Part shown: piece by piece, positions 37,851 to 51,468 of the stretch
How positions within the stretch are numbered: the first letter of the stretch is position 1
Layout: the number at the start of each line of letters is the position of its first letter
Assembly: GCF_009914755.1 (NCBI RefSeq)
Contig: NC_060926.1
Source of the DNA: the human T2T-CHM13v2.0 reference genome, Homo sapiens
Reading direction: 5' to 3' (one strand)
DNA length: 64,000 nt
Notes under the pieces: model-generated
Told to the model about the DNA's origin: nothing
Seen by the model: the letters and a program-made list of their open reading frames with translations, nothing else
The model's database searches: none
Program-made: the position numbers and the translations under genes

Positions 37851-38969
37851 CCCCTACCCCTGAGACACCCCTGGGAACACCAGGACTCCACAAAGCACTA
37901 ATTGAACCCACTGTTGCAGGCAATATTGGTATCAATGAAGTAGGGGCTCGGGGTAGCTGATGTCTAAGGTTCCTTCATCTCAAGGACTCTGTGATGCCTT
38001 ATGTACCAATGCACTGAGGGAGGACACAGAACATGGGTCAAATCATGGTCCCTTCTGGAAAGGGGCCCCCTCCTTCTCAAACCTCAGCTCCTGACTAAGC
38101 CCCTGACTGTGGCTCTGAGTGTGCTATTGTCTACTTTGGCTCAGGAGCCTCAAACCCTGACCCTTGCTCCTTCCTCATTCCCATCATGGCCTCCTGGCAG
38201 CACTTCCAGGTGACCACCAATACTTGATAGTGGGCTCTGCCTCCAGCATCTCCGTTACCTGCCCTCCAGTCTGGGGCCCCTCCCTAGTTTTCAAGAGCCA
38301 CGACCTGGCACCTCTAGTGAGTAGTGTGTAGCTAGGGCTTGGTGAGGACATCAGGCTCCCCTCAGAGCAACACAGACCAACCCTGCCTTGCAACAGGAAG
38401 CCTCTGGCTCCCAGAATTAAAGTCCATGTCAGGAAAGTAAATGAGGGTTTCCCTTCCTAAAAACAATCAGCCAAGATCGCCACATGAGAGAGAGAACAGT
38501 TTAGTTTGGCCAAAGTCAGGTCTAACAGAAAGTGTATGTGATAAGCATCTCCTGGCTCAGTGAGGGATACAGGCCAAGGAGGAAGGAGGAGCCGGGTAGG
38601 GAACTCATGTAACCAGAAGACAACGAATGAGAGGAAATACAGCCTGAAACACAGGAATGTTTTCTAGCCTTGGTTCACCGGATGTGTTGAAGCAGGCTTG
38701 CAGTTAAAAAGATAAAGATGCTGACAAGAATGCTAGAGTCATCCTCCGACCTCATCTTTCTCTCAAACCTAAACACACAAAAAACAAGAAAAGAAATAGA
38801 AACATCAAAATTAACCTCTCCATTTCTGCCTCCTCTTAAAATACAAAAGGATCACATCTGGTTAATATCAGCACCAGGCACAGAGCATGGACCTAGGTTA
38901 AGTAACAAGCAAATCACAGAGTAAATGGACAAATAAATGAAGGTAGCTGCCCTGTTAGAACTCCTTCTA

Positions 38970-39170
38970 CACTTAGAACCAGAATATCTGAGTTCAAATC
39001 CCAGCTCAGCTTCTATTGATGCTATGCCCTCAAGCAAGCGTTTGATCTCCCCAAATCCTCAGGTTCCTTATCTATAAAATGGTGTTCACAACTGTATCAG
39101 CTTCACCAGACAGCAGTAAGGACAGAATGACATGATATAGCAGAAAGGGCATTTAAACTCTAAAGCTCTT
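38970..39170 (+). mobile_element. MIR SINE
   Basis: ctgagttcaaatcccagctc...cctcaggttccttatctataaaatgg. Confidence 0.7.
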
Positions 39171-39229
39171 TCCAAGTATTAAATATCACAAAATTCAACC
39201 CCTACCTTTAAGCAGCTTGCAATCTGGAT

Positions 39230-39547
39230 CTGTGCTGTCCACTATGGGAGCCACTAGCCACATGTGGCTATTGAGCACTTGAAATATGGCTGATGCAAAT
39301 TGACACACACTGTAAGTATAAAATGCACACTAGGGAGTGTGTGTATTTTAACATTAAAAACTGTAAAACTATATTGTTAATATGTTTTATAGGGAACACA
39401 TGGTGAAATGATAATATTTTGATATATTGGGTCAAATAAAATACACTATTAAAATGTCTCCTGTTTCTTTTTACTTTTTTAGTGTGGCTACTAGAAAATT
39501 TAAAATTGCATTTGTGGCTCATATTGTATTTCTATTGGACAGTGTTG
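39230..39547 (+). mobile_element. MER33 (hAT-Charlie)
   Basis: TIRs tgctgtcca / tggacagtg; agccactagccacatgtggctattgagcacttgaaat; flanks atctggat/gtctagat resemble the NTCTAGAN target. Confidence 0.85.
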
Positions 39548-40930
39548 GTCTAGATGGACCACAAGACATGGGCACACATGAAGTCAATGATAATACAGCA
39601 ACCAAACAATAAGATGTCGAGAAGCACAGGTCAAGAGAGGTTCTCAACACTATCAGTGCTCAATGATTGGCTGACGATGGCAGTAATTTATTGATACGCA
39701 AATACTGGCCAATCAGTGTGCCTTGAAATGCAAACTGATTATGTGTATGTGTCTTTCAGTCTCCACAGGTCGGAAGAGCAAATATAAACATTCTGAACTT
39801 AAGCAGGCTTCAGGATCATCCAATCCAACATCTCATTTTTTTTAAATGAGTAACCTCAGGTCCAGAGAAGACTGGGACTTAACCAAGATCACACAGCCCA
39901 CAAATGACCCAGAGTATTTTCCATTAGACCACAGTGGGGTTTTTAGAGCTTTTCAAAGCTTTTTTATGAAGACTGCCAAAATAATATCTCATGATAATTC
40001 TGAGACATGACAACCGTGTCCATGTTTGGCAGGTGAGAAAACTGAGGCCCTCAATGAGTAACCACATACAATTAGTTGCCTCTTTGAAGCCAGAGCCTTA
40101 ACCCTTTGCCCCATGCTCTGCCTCCCACCCCAGGCTTCCTCTCCAGATCCACAGGATGGTCCAGTAACACATAGCATCCCCCTTCCCTGATACCCCCACC
40201 TCCTCTTGCTCAGTACACGCCTCTGAGCATTCTTCAGCCTAATTAAATAATGGAACCACACTGATCCTTCCCTCCAAGGTCTGGGGGCACTGTTTCCTCT
40301 CCACTCCAGTTCTGCTTGGGAATGTTGACTTTGGAAAACGGCACTAAAAAAACTCCGGCTGCAATTTCCAAATCAGAAACAGCCTCTAAATCCTTATTCA
40401 GCAAAGGGTCAGAGACATTGGCAGGGCTGAGCCCATTTAGGCCATAGGAGCCTAGAACCTCTTCTCCCTACAAAGCCTCCAGAGACAAAAGAGTTATCAA
40501 AAGTCAGCTCAAATCTGGAAATAGGAATCCACTGGGTGTCCCAGGATTTGGAAATGAATCAAATAAAAGTCTCACCTCCTAGTCATTCCTGGTCCAATAG
40601 AGGAGATTTCCACAAGCAGCTGATGGGAACATGAAACAGAAGGACATAGGTATCACACTACGGGGGCCCAGAATAAGGAGCCTCAAATCCAGATGGGCTT
40701 CCTGGAGAAGTGGGGTCTGTCCAAGGTCTTACAGGATAGGAAGAACATCGTAGGCAGAGAAAGGAGGGTTAGACCCTCCAGGCAGAGAGAACAGAGATCC
40801 AAGGAAACCTCAGTCTTTGTGGACATGTGACACTGGCTTAGCTGCTCCTTTCTGGTGCAAGGTCTTGCCCCAGACCTTTCAAGGTCTTGCTGGGCCAAGT
40901 TTTTCAGCAGCAACATTAATTACTATTACT

Positions 40931-41217
40931 TTTTTTTTTTTTTTTTGAGACAGAGTCTCACTCCATCACCCAGACTGGAGTGCAGTGGCTCACTGCAACC
41001 TCTGCCTCCCGGGTTCAAGCAATTCTCCTCTCTCAGCCCCCCGAGTAGCTGGGACTACAAGAGCCTGCCACCACGCCCAGCTAATTTTTGTATTTTTAGT
41101 AGAGACAGGGTTTTACCTTGTTGGTCAGGCTGGTCTCAAATGCCTGACCTCAGGTGATCCACCCACCTCAGCCTCCCAAAGTGCTGGGATTACAGGCGTG
41201 GGCCACCACGCCCAGCC
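40931..41217 (-). mobile_element. AluS element
   Basis: Dimer with a small deletion; TSD tactattact/tactgttact. Confidence 0.95.
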
Positions 41218-41738
41218 TACTGTTACTATTAATTACTCCTTACCTCTCGGTGAGACTTCATTCCCATGCCCAATCTCACTGGATCCTCACAGGCACCCTG
41301 GGAGAAAGGCTGGGCAAATGTCATTCTCTGGATCAGGAAAAAGAAACTGAGGCAAGCTAGTGCCGTGACTGGCATCACACAGCCATATTAAGAAGCAGAG
41401 CCCAGGCATCACCAAGGGTTTCTGGCCCTTCCACCTCTGCCCTTTCCTTTCCATACAGTTCAGCAGCTGGGAATTCCAAGGCTCCACGGCTTTCCCTCTC
41501 CTCTCTTGTCTTGATGGAAACTCAGTCACTGCCAAGTACTGCCTATGGGGCATTTGCACATGGGGCTTTTCCCTATGGCTGTTTTCTCAAAGTCTCTATC
41601 TTATCTCTTAAGGTGCTTCTTTTATCTGTCACAACACCTAAAACAGTGCTGGGCACACAGTAGGTATCAGTGGGCTTGTGGGCTCATTGATGGGTAGACC
41701 AGTGCAGAAGCAGTGTCACTAGGGAAAGGATAGGCTAG

Positions 41739-42222
<484 letters not shown>

Positions 42223-42329
42223 CCAGATATTTTGACTTTTGGGCTGGTGCAAAAACACCAGTCCACTTGGGCACTGGGGCACAGGAGATGTGTGTGTATG
42301 GAAGCTGTGAGTGTGTTGTGACAGGGACA

Positions 42330-42633
42330 TGCACTGTCCACTAAGGCACAGGTGGCTAGTGAACACTTGGACCATAGTAGTCTGAATTGAGATGTGAGGT
42401 AAGGGTAAAATACACACTGGATTTCAAAGACTTCGTTCAGAGAAAACAAAAAGAATGTAAAATAGCTGGTTAAAATTGAAGGCATGTTGAAATGATAATG
42501 TTTTAGACATACTGTGTAAAATAAAACATTATTAAAATTAATTGCACCTGTTTCTTTTTACTTTTGTTAATGTGGCTACTAGAAAACATGAATACACACA
42601 TGTGGCTCATTATATTTCTATTAGACAGTGCTG
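42330..42633 (+). mobile_element. MER33 (hAT-Charlie), second copy
   Basis: aaaatacacactggatttcaaagactt...aatgtggctactagaaaa...tatatttctattagacagtgctg. Confidence 0.85.
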
Positions 42634-43060
42634 ACCCATAGAGGGGTCTAACCTGGAAAGCAGACAGACTTGGGGACAACCCATTCAAGTGGACCTGGAG
42701 TGGCAGGGGTGGTATCTCCCTCTAAGCCTTAGTCTCATGTGTCTTTCTCCATTGTCTGTACATTTGGTCCTTTAATCTGTCCAACCCAATAATGAACTAT
42801 TTCTATCTCTCCTCTGCCAACCAATCCAAATCCAGTCACTTCAGAATGCAACTCAAGGGCACCCTTCCCCACACCTTCCTGTCCATGCATGCCTCTGAGT
42901 CTCTCTTCTGCTCACTGCTTATTTTGCTCAATTTCTGCCTTATTAGCCACAGCACAAAGCACCTGCCATAGGTCCCTCAACAATGACATGAGTAAATTGG
43001 TTGCAAAAAAGTGGGCAAATGAATGAGTAAAAAGTGTATGATGCAGATACAACCCCCCAC

Positions 43061-43062
<2 letters not shown>

Positions 43063-43116
<54 letters not shown>
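43063..43116. repeat. (GA)27 perfect microsatellite
   Basis: Uninterrupted GA run of 54 bp. Confidence 0.97.
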
Positions 43117-43119
<3 letters not shown>

Positions 43120-46100
43120 CTGTTTGCCTATTTTGTGTTTCTTTTTCATAGATACATGTCTTGTGTGTTTAACCAGCTATAAGACTTCTGCCTTACTACT
43201 TTAGTTAAGACCTGGCCACATGGTTTTTATGTCAAATACACAATACATTCTTGCAAGCTGATTAATTCCCTCTTTTTTCAAGGTTAAGCCAGAGTCTCAA
43301 CTTCTTCATAAAGTCTTTGATGTCTCATTCCACACAGCTCTTCCTCCTGACTCCCATGGCCAGCAAGTTCTATGCTGTGTGACAAGTATGTCTTTGGTTT
43401 TCTTTTTAGTTGTTTCATGGGTGCGAATCCTGCGTTTCCTTTGACCCTGCTCCCACCCACATCCCTCGTGGACTGTAAACTTCTTTGAGGCCTGAAACTA
43501 TCTTCACTTCAAGCTCTAGCACAGAGCCTAGCACACAGTCATTGTTCACTAAAGACCTGCTGGTTGGTTGCCTGGAGGACAGAGGGATCTACCCATAAGG
43601 GTCTTCAAAAGAGATGTTTTGGGGAAGTTTGGTGCCTGGATTTCTGGCCCCTTCTTTCCACCTTCAACATTCAACTACGTCTCGTTAAACATAAAAATCA
43701 GCCAAATAAAAATAACTTCAAAGGGTGGCCCACTGGGGCTCCATGCACTGCCTGGCAATGGATTTCTCCCCAAGAATAAATCAATTGGTCTGCACAGTGA
43801 GGCCCTTCAGTCTGGGGCTTCAGAAAGGAGGCTCTGGCCAGGAATTTCAGCAGAAGCAGGCACTGATTTAGACCTCCCTAATCTATATCAGCTCTTACAC
43901 TAATAAGAATGGCTGTGAGAGCAGCTGTGAGAGGGCCCAGCAAGGGCTGGGGAGCCAGGCGGATCTCAGGTGGTACACTCCCAAACTCAGGCAAAACAAG
44001 ACAAAGAGGTTAGGAAACTTCAGAACAATCACAACACCTCTCTCTCTACCTACACAGAGCTCCACTAGGAAAAGCCCATAAGTGCTGAAGGTTTGGTCCT
44101 TCTTGTCCACCAAGCCATCAGGCCAAAGCATAAACTCACAGGACTCTACCTCTTGGGCCCTGCCCTCTGGCTTCCCGGAGGAGCCTCCTAGAGCTGGAGA
44201 GCCTCGGTGGCAGTCAACACCAAGAACAGTGGGTGTGGGCTGCTTGGAAGGGGAGAAGAGATTGTTTCTTTTGCAGTTGTGTCTGGTTTATTCACCCTCT
44301 TTACCACAAGACCATCCTGTTGAACATTCTTGAGGCAGAAACAAGAGAACACCTTGATATTTTGACTCTCTTGAATTTCCATGAGTACGCTATGGGTACT
44401 TTGCCCACAGCGTCACAGCCCCAGGCATTGACAACAATGTATATTTCATATATTCAAATCCTAGGTGAGAGACCTAGGATTTGACCCACAGGTGCTCCCT
44501 GCACCTTCAGTGACCATTGTTGGAAACTGTTCAGTGAAGCCTAGGATCCTCTGACCTTCCTTGAGGGAGCATTAGGTCCCCTGCCCCTGGTCACAGATCC
44601 TACAGGGCCTGGCCTGGACCCCAAGGACCCTATAGAGTAGTTCTTATTCCAAGCTAAGCACCCCTTGTCTCTAGGACACCTCTCTCTTCGCCCAAGTAAT
44701 CTCTTCCAGCCAGAACCTAAATAACCAGTTTGTTTCACCAAATGTCACTGGGATAAGCCTTAGCAGCTGTCTCTAAGAGTTCTCTGTAGTGCAGCCTCTG
44801 AAGCAATTTTTGAGGGCTCATCCCTGACTCATTTTTCATTTTACCCAGGCCCTTAGAAGACTGCACAGCGTTAAGTACCCACCTCCTCACCAGTTTGGAA
44901 ACTCAAAGGCCGTGGCAGCCTCCAGACTTTGCCAGCGTGTGGAGGTGGTGCTCTGGCTGTCCTAGCAGCCACCATAGCAGCCAGGTACCTGCAACTGACA
45001 CATTCTGCCTGACAGTCCGCTCACCATTCTCACTCCCCTCCCCTCCGTGCCATCAGGGATCTGAGTCCTTGAGATTCCCAAGGAAGGCCAAGGTCCCAAA
45101 GCTGCTGGGACGTTGGGATCCTTAGCCTTTCCTAGGGGCCATCTCTCTTCACTGTTGCCAGGGTCTTAGAAAGCCCTGGCGTGTGAGAGAAGGCTCTGCA
45201 CTCAGAGAAAGGAACCTGGGGCTTTCACCTTGAACTGAGCCCCATTCCTAGGAGCTAAGCAGAGGAAAGGGAGAGAACGAGCATCTCCCAAGCTCCAGGA
45301 ACCCTGCTTGGTGACTACACCTGTTATACTCTTGGCAGCACACAAGAGCTATCTGTCCTCTCTGTAAAGCCCTTGCTTCCAGATGCCCCACTGACTTTCT
45401 GGCAACATCTGTGGGTGTGCTGTGTACACAGTGTGTAAGCTGTAGTGGAAGAGGCGGGTTTGAGCTTACAGCCTCCATTCAAAGGGCTGCCCGCCTTCCC
45501 AGTTTGGCAAGACTCCAAATGGACTTCTGAATGGTTTCTGGGGCAACTAAGGTTGAGGAATTATTCATGTACCCTGAAAACTTGATTGACCTGGAAAGTT
45601 TCTGACTTCACTTGACCTTGCTCAGGCCTTTGCTCAGTGTCTAGGCACTATGGAGCTTCAGAGTTTCTTACCAAGAGCTCTGTGCTTTAGTTCCTCTTGG
45701 AGCTAAAGTGAGGCTTAGATCCCAGGAACGGCACATGACTGGTGGGTACATGCATCTGCTATGAACATCATCTGCCACATGCAAAAGCTGAGCATCATTA
45801 GGCTTGACTGCACATCCTGCTTTAGAGCAGGAGTGTGTCTGCAAGTCTTGTATCCACCATCCTTCATAGGGCCAGGGATACTGTAAGTGCTTACAAAGGA
45901 CCTGCTGATTGACAATATATCAGCCTCTAAATGAATTTAGAGGTACAAGGGCACCCACATACAGCCTCTGTTGGCCATGAGATGTGCTGCACTGGGGCCC
46001 CCAGATGCTCATGGGGGCCAAACCAATAGGCAGCGTGGGCAACAAGGCTTCCCATGTAGGTGTCAGGAGAGCAAGAATGGGGGCTGTCAGGAGGTCCAGA

Positions 46101-48079
46101 TGCAGGCATCCAGCACGATCTGGAAGGCGCTGAGCCCCGGAGCAGATCCAGGCAGCTATGGATCCAGCATCAGAAAGGCCTGTCTGACAAAACAGGCATG
46201 TAAACTCACCCAAGAGTGCTGCTCTGATCCCAGGGACCACTACATAGGGAGTCCGAGGCTCCAGATGAATCAGGTCCTCCATGAGGGGAGCAGGGCAGAG
46301 ACTGAAGCTCAGCAGATCATCCAGGCCCAAGTCCTGAGCAGAATCTCAGAAGAGATGGCCTGATGATGAAGGGCTCGTCCAGAGCCTCTGAGCTGCAGCA
46401 GCTGAGTCCAAGCATCCAGGTACAGCTGAGCTCAAGGCATCGTTCATGGCCACAACAGGAAGGTGACAGGAACATGGTGTCAGGGCCTCAGCTTATCACT
46501 GCAACAGCAAAGTAGAAGCCACAGAATAATGTCTAACTCTAAGGGAGGCAAGAAACTAAATGCATCACCCATGATGTGCCTTCATTGATAACCCCGAGAA
46601 AGACAAGCCCAGGCCAGCCATCCCACTAACAGCCTTACTTTCTAATGCATGCAAAAGCCCTGCGTGCCTACAGCCTGATCCTCCTCAAGCCCAATTTCTT
46701 GAATGCCCAAACCACTTCAGCTCATGCTATTTGCCTGTGTGTGCTCACCTACTTCAAGCATTAGGAGGCGTGTGTTTATGTTCCCTATTGTCCTCATAGG
46801 CATTTCCATTGAAGTTATATTTTTCTAAAATTTTATTGCCGGTGAAAGAAAGGCATAAATGTGCAGAGTGGAATTACTGACACATTCAGGATATACGAGG
46901 GACATTAAAGGCACTGTTAGGATTTGATGACAGCTGCCAAGAATCTTTTCTATAATCATAAATGAGATAAGCACGAAGCAATGAAGACAACATAAAAAAA
47001 CCTGGCAGCAGCCAGGGGCAGGTGTTTCCCCTGCTGCAGTTAATGACTCTGTGGGAGCCTGCTGCAGACTGGAAACACGTGCAGGAGCCCCCGAGGCCCA
47101 GGGTTCAGGGGGCTGGGGAACCGAGGGGTAGCTCACTCATTCTCCATGTCCATTCTTACCTACACACATTTTCCCGGCTGACCCCCCGGCATGGAGAGCA
47201 TCCCCTCCTGTGCTTTCATCTCCCGGAATCCCTGCCAGCCTTCCCAGCATCAGCTGGAGCCCTCTTGCTCCCAAGCGACTGACTTAACTTCTCCACTCCA
47301 AGTCTGCACTTGGCTCACCTTGCTTCCGGCTGCGCTCACAGTCTCGGTGGGTCTTGAGTGCTTGGATAGCTGGGGCATTCCGTGGCCCTGAGGCGGGGCG
47401 TACTCTGCTCATTCAGGAAAATATTTTACTAGGCTCTTATGAGCTGCACATGGGAGATCACTCAGTGAGCAAGACAGGCCACACTACCTGTACTGTGGTC
47501 TATCTTCCAACTACCTGTCCTTTCCTTCCAAAAGTATTCAATTTCAAAACCTTCAAGCAAATTCTTATTAATGACACACCCCGCTCTGTTATTCTCTCAG
47601 TGGAGACACTCAAGGGAGCAGCCTGGGGCTAAGACATCTTCATCTTCCTCTCCAGACAGCTTGCAGCTCTGCAGAGGGAACGCTAGCTTCATGGCACTCA
47701 TGAACATGCAGATCAATCCAAGAGTCAGGGGAAATGACACCCCAAGTTATAAGCCTCTTGTTTTACCGTGGATTCATGAGCTGGAGTTTTCCCCCAAGCT
47801 CCGAAATAAACATGGTGGAGATCCACAGGCACCAATATTTGGGAGGGAGGGGCTTAATGTGGAAGTCCTTGGGCAACCTAATACCCAGGGGAATTCTGGG
47901 AAATCAGTGGGAAGCAGGAAAACCTCCCTGGGGTTTTCCATCAGCTAATGTTACCTGCACTCACCCCAGGACTGCTCTCCTGCTGCCATCATACCCGGCT
48001 CAACCCTTCCCACCTGCCCGGATGATTCCTGGTTAACCTCAACCCAACACAACCGTATCTACACCACTCATTTGCTGCC

Positions 48080-48270
48080 TCCTCTCTAAAAGCTGTAGCC
48101 TCTCTATGCCTCCATTTCCTCAACTCTGAAATGGAGATAACAGCAGTGCTTGCTTTTGGACAGTTGTGAGGATTAAATGATCTGAGCTAGTCCATGTGAA
48201 GCTTCTGGATCAGTGACTGATACAGAGCGAGTGCCCATTGGACGTCAGCTGTTGCAGTTGGTATTATTAT
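48080..48270 (+). mobile_element. MIR SINE
   Basis: gcctccatttcctcaactctgaaatggagataa...gttgtgaggattaaatga. Confidence 0.7.
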
Positions 48271-48464
48271 CAGCATCGTTATGCTCCTGCCTGCGAGAGC
48301 TCAGGATTTTCTGTGGTCAGTTACCTTTTATGTGCAATCTAGTGTCTTTGTGGGCCCATGGGGAGAGAGAGGGAGCTGGGACCACCCAGAGCCCTATGTA
48401 TTGGTACCAATGCTCCTGACTCCCTTACAGGAGCACACATTGTGTGCCAGGGATGTCATCTATA

Positions 48465-48629
48465 CAGGATTTCTCAAACTTTAGTGCATCTAAGAACCTG
48501 CTGGAGATGTGGCAAAAGCACAGAACACTGGGCCACACCCTCAGACTTTCTGATTCAGTTTGCATTTCTCCCAGGTTCCCAGGCAATGCTGCTGCTGGTG
48601 GTCCAGAGACCACACTTTGCAAACCACTG
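48465..48629. mobile_element. MER5A hAT-Charlie MITE
   Basis: caggatttctcaaacttt...tgctgctggtggtccagagaccacactttgcaaaccactg. Confidence 0.8.
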
Positions 48630-49140
48630 CTATAGGATGATGCAGGCACGAATTTTTCCACTTTGTCACAGCTGTATCCCCAGCACCCAGCACAGTGCCT
48701 GCACAAAGTAGGTCTCCAGTAACCTCTTGATGATGATTTGTGTGTGCCTCACTAATTCTGTGATCCTACAGCATGCTGCCTCCTGGCTCCAGGTAGTCAC
48801 ACCCTAGTTTGACAGGCATGCCATCTGACCTACCCCAGCCTCTGGGGGAAACCACCTCACCCCGAACCACCTTAACATGCATCCAGCAGAGCTAGAGGGC
48901 AGTCCACACCTGGCCTGAGTGATGCTTCCAACTTTGCCATGCCCAGCCGGCTCTGCACAGCTGCCTGTCATGATTAACCCGTGACATTTCCAACACTGTT
49001 ATTGGCCCCAAGACTGGAAGAAGCCAGAGGTGAAAAACAAGTGGAGAGGTTGGGCATGATGGAGCAGCCTGACCACAGAGATAGCCGCTTTTTGCCTTTC
49101 AACAACCCACAGACTCTTTCAGCTTCTTGGTTTTTATTCC

Positions 49141-49330
49141 CCTTTATCCTTCCTTCCTTCTCTCCTTCCTTCCTTCCTTCCTCTCTTTCCTTCTTTCCTT
49201 TCTTTACTTCCTTCCTTTCTCTCTCTCCTTTTCTTTCTTTCTTTCCTTTCTTTCTTTACTTCCTTTCTCTCCTTCTTTTCTTTTTCTTTCTTTCTTTCTT
49301 TCTTTCCTTCTTCCTCTTTTCTTCTATCCT
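49141..49330. repeat. (TTCC)n/(TTTC)n polypyrimidine tract
   Basis: ~190 bp, almost entirely C/T. Confidence 0.92.
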
Positions 49331-51468
49331 TTGGCTTGGCTTCCAGGCATTTTCTTTGTTTTTATCTTCTAAAATGTCTTTGACCATGACAAAGCACTCA
49401 CCCAAAACCAGTGATAAGCTTCAGGAGTTCCTGAGTGAAGGATATGTAGAACTCTCTTCACTATCATATTATTCTAACATAAAGTTTAAAAAATATTTGG
49501 TAGAACTTCCTTGGTGCTGGATGCCTAATATGCCTAAATCACTCTTCTTTTCTCTCCCCACTTTCTTTCCCAAGAAAAGAAGATGTGACATAATTCTTTG
49601 CTGCTGAAGCAGCATTTCTCCAGGGGACTTTCTCCAACAAAGAGAGTGGTGTAGACCCCGCCCCACCCCCACCCAAAGAGAGAGCACCTCACAAAAATGA
49701 GATGAGTCTGTGGGGGGTGCTGTGGGTAGAAGTCCACAGGGTCCTAATTTGGGGTGCAGGATGGAGCCACGTTTCAAAGGGAGATTGGGAGTCTTCTTCC
49801 CAGGGCAGGTGCAATGGAGGCTGCAGGCTGGTTCCCCACTCCTTTGGAGCTACATCCTCCTAGGGTGTGCTGGGCCTTTAATTCAAGCAGAGAGGAACCC
49901 ATGTAGCTGGGTATGTTTGTCAAGACTAAGAAATTAACACTGGTACATTACAATGAATTAAACTTTGTGTTTTATTTGGATTGCGCCAGTTTTTCCACGA
50001 AGGTGATTTTTTCTGTTTCACGATCAGCTTGGCAAAATGGATGGTTTTAGTAATTCAGCAAGTTTGTTTGGAGAACTTTAGGTGCTTAAAGTCACCATTA
50101 AGGAATCATGTCTTTAAAAAGCAAACACTTTTTGATTTTAAGAAGTCTCAAACATACCACACTTCTGGGATGGGTGATGCCATGAATGTACCATCAAGCA
50201 AGAGGATTCCATTTTCTGTCATTTATGGAAATTTGAAGATCACAAGCAGCTATATTTGTGACACAGCATGACAAGAGTCTGTGACCTGCAAGGGAGGCTG
50301 GCCGACAGCTGGCACAGTGCGTAGAGGCACAGCCCAGACAGACTCTTGTGTTCCCAGGCGCACGTGGCATTGCTGTGCACCGGAGCACCTGAGGACCTGT
50401 GTCCTCATCCTGGCAGTGTCCCTCTCCAGGTAAGGGACTTCGAACTTCAGTGCCCCCTCTCTGCTCCTCAGTATCTTTGCCTGCAAGATAAGGGGGTGGG
50501 CTGGGTGGTCTCCAGGCTCCCACCTGCTGCCTACTGCTTGCCATGCAGAATGGCCCAGAATCTGAGACGAGGAGCAAGAACAGACATAGCCTAGGTGACC
50601 CCCAGGATGCCAGAAGGTGACTTCAAACCTCATCTCCTGGGCCCCTACCAAGAGGTCTAGTATCAGGAGTCAAGTTCAGAGACAGGAAGCATGAGGACAA
50701 TTCCACAATTAGGAGTTTTAAAGACACCTAGCTCCCTGTAGCCAGTATGACTTCCCTGCCTCCCTTTCCCCAAGCCCTTCCTCAGGTTATACCCAAGGCC
50801 ACCAACAGCCACCACAGGTTGGCTTTTCTGTGGACATGGGGAGGAAAAGTGGTTGGGGTGGGGGCATGTCTCAACACACAAGGCTGCCTGCTTTCTGCCT
50901 GTTAGGAGGATGTACCTCATATGCCCATCTCCCTCATACCCCTAGACCTGGCAGAGGATGAAGCAGCAGCTTCCCCTGAGGGCTGGAGAGTTGCAAGGCA
51001 GAGCCCGGGGTGTGGCTGGAGCGGAACTATTGTGGGAGGCACCTCCAATGAACTTCTGCAGTGTTCTCTGGGTGTGAGTATGAGGCCCAAGGGGCAGGAA
51101 CTGCATAAAGGGTGCATGGCCCAAAATTCTACCACCAGAATGAACCAAGAGGACAGGACTGCACTGGGCTTAGAGCCCATTCACGGTGGGGTGTGTTAGT
51201 CCCTTCTCTCTTAATTCTGGGGCTGGGCTCCTGGGCCTCCACAGGGAAAAGGCTCTTCTAGAGCAGTACATGGAGTATCCTGGGAATGAGCAGAAGGTCA
51301 TCCAAGGGTAAGCTTTGAAGGACAACACCATGAGAATTTGTGAGTTCTAAAGGTTTTTTGTTGTTGTTGTTATTGTTCTTTTCTTAAACATAGTACATAC
51401 AGCCCAACTGCCTGCTGCATTTCTCTGATTTTTGTTACCATAATTTAAAAGGCTTGGGGCTTCCTGGG

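Noticed and set aside
38867-38886. RE1/REST-like atcagcaccaggcacagagc
   Set aside because: It lacks the second G of the conserved GG core and lies in an L2-like 3' remnant.
48981-49607. 208-aa hydrophobic ORF resembling a membrane protein
   Set aside because: The hydrophobic stretch is the translated (TTTC/TTCC)n tract.
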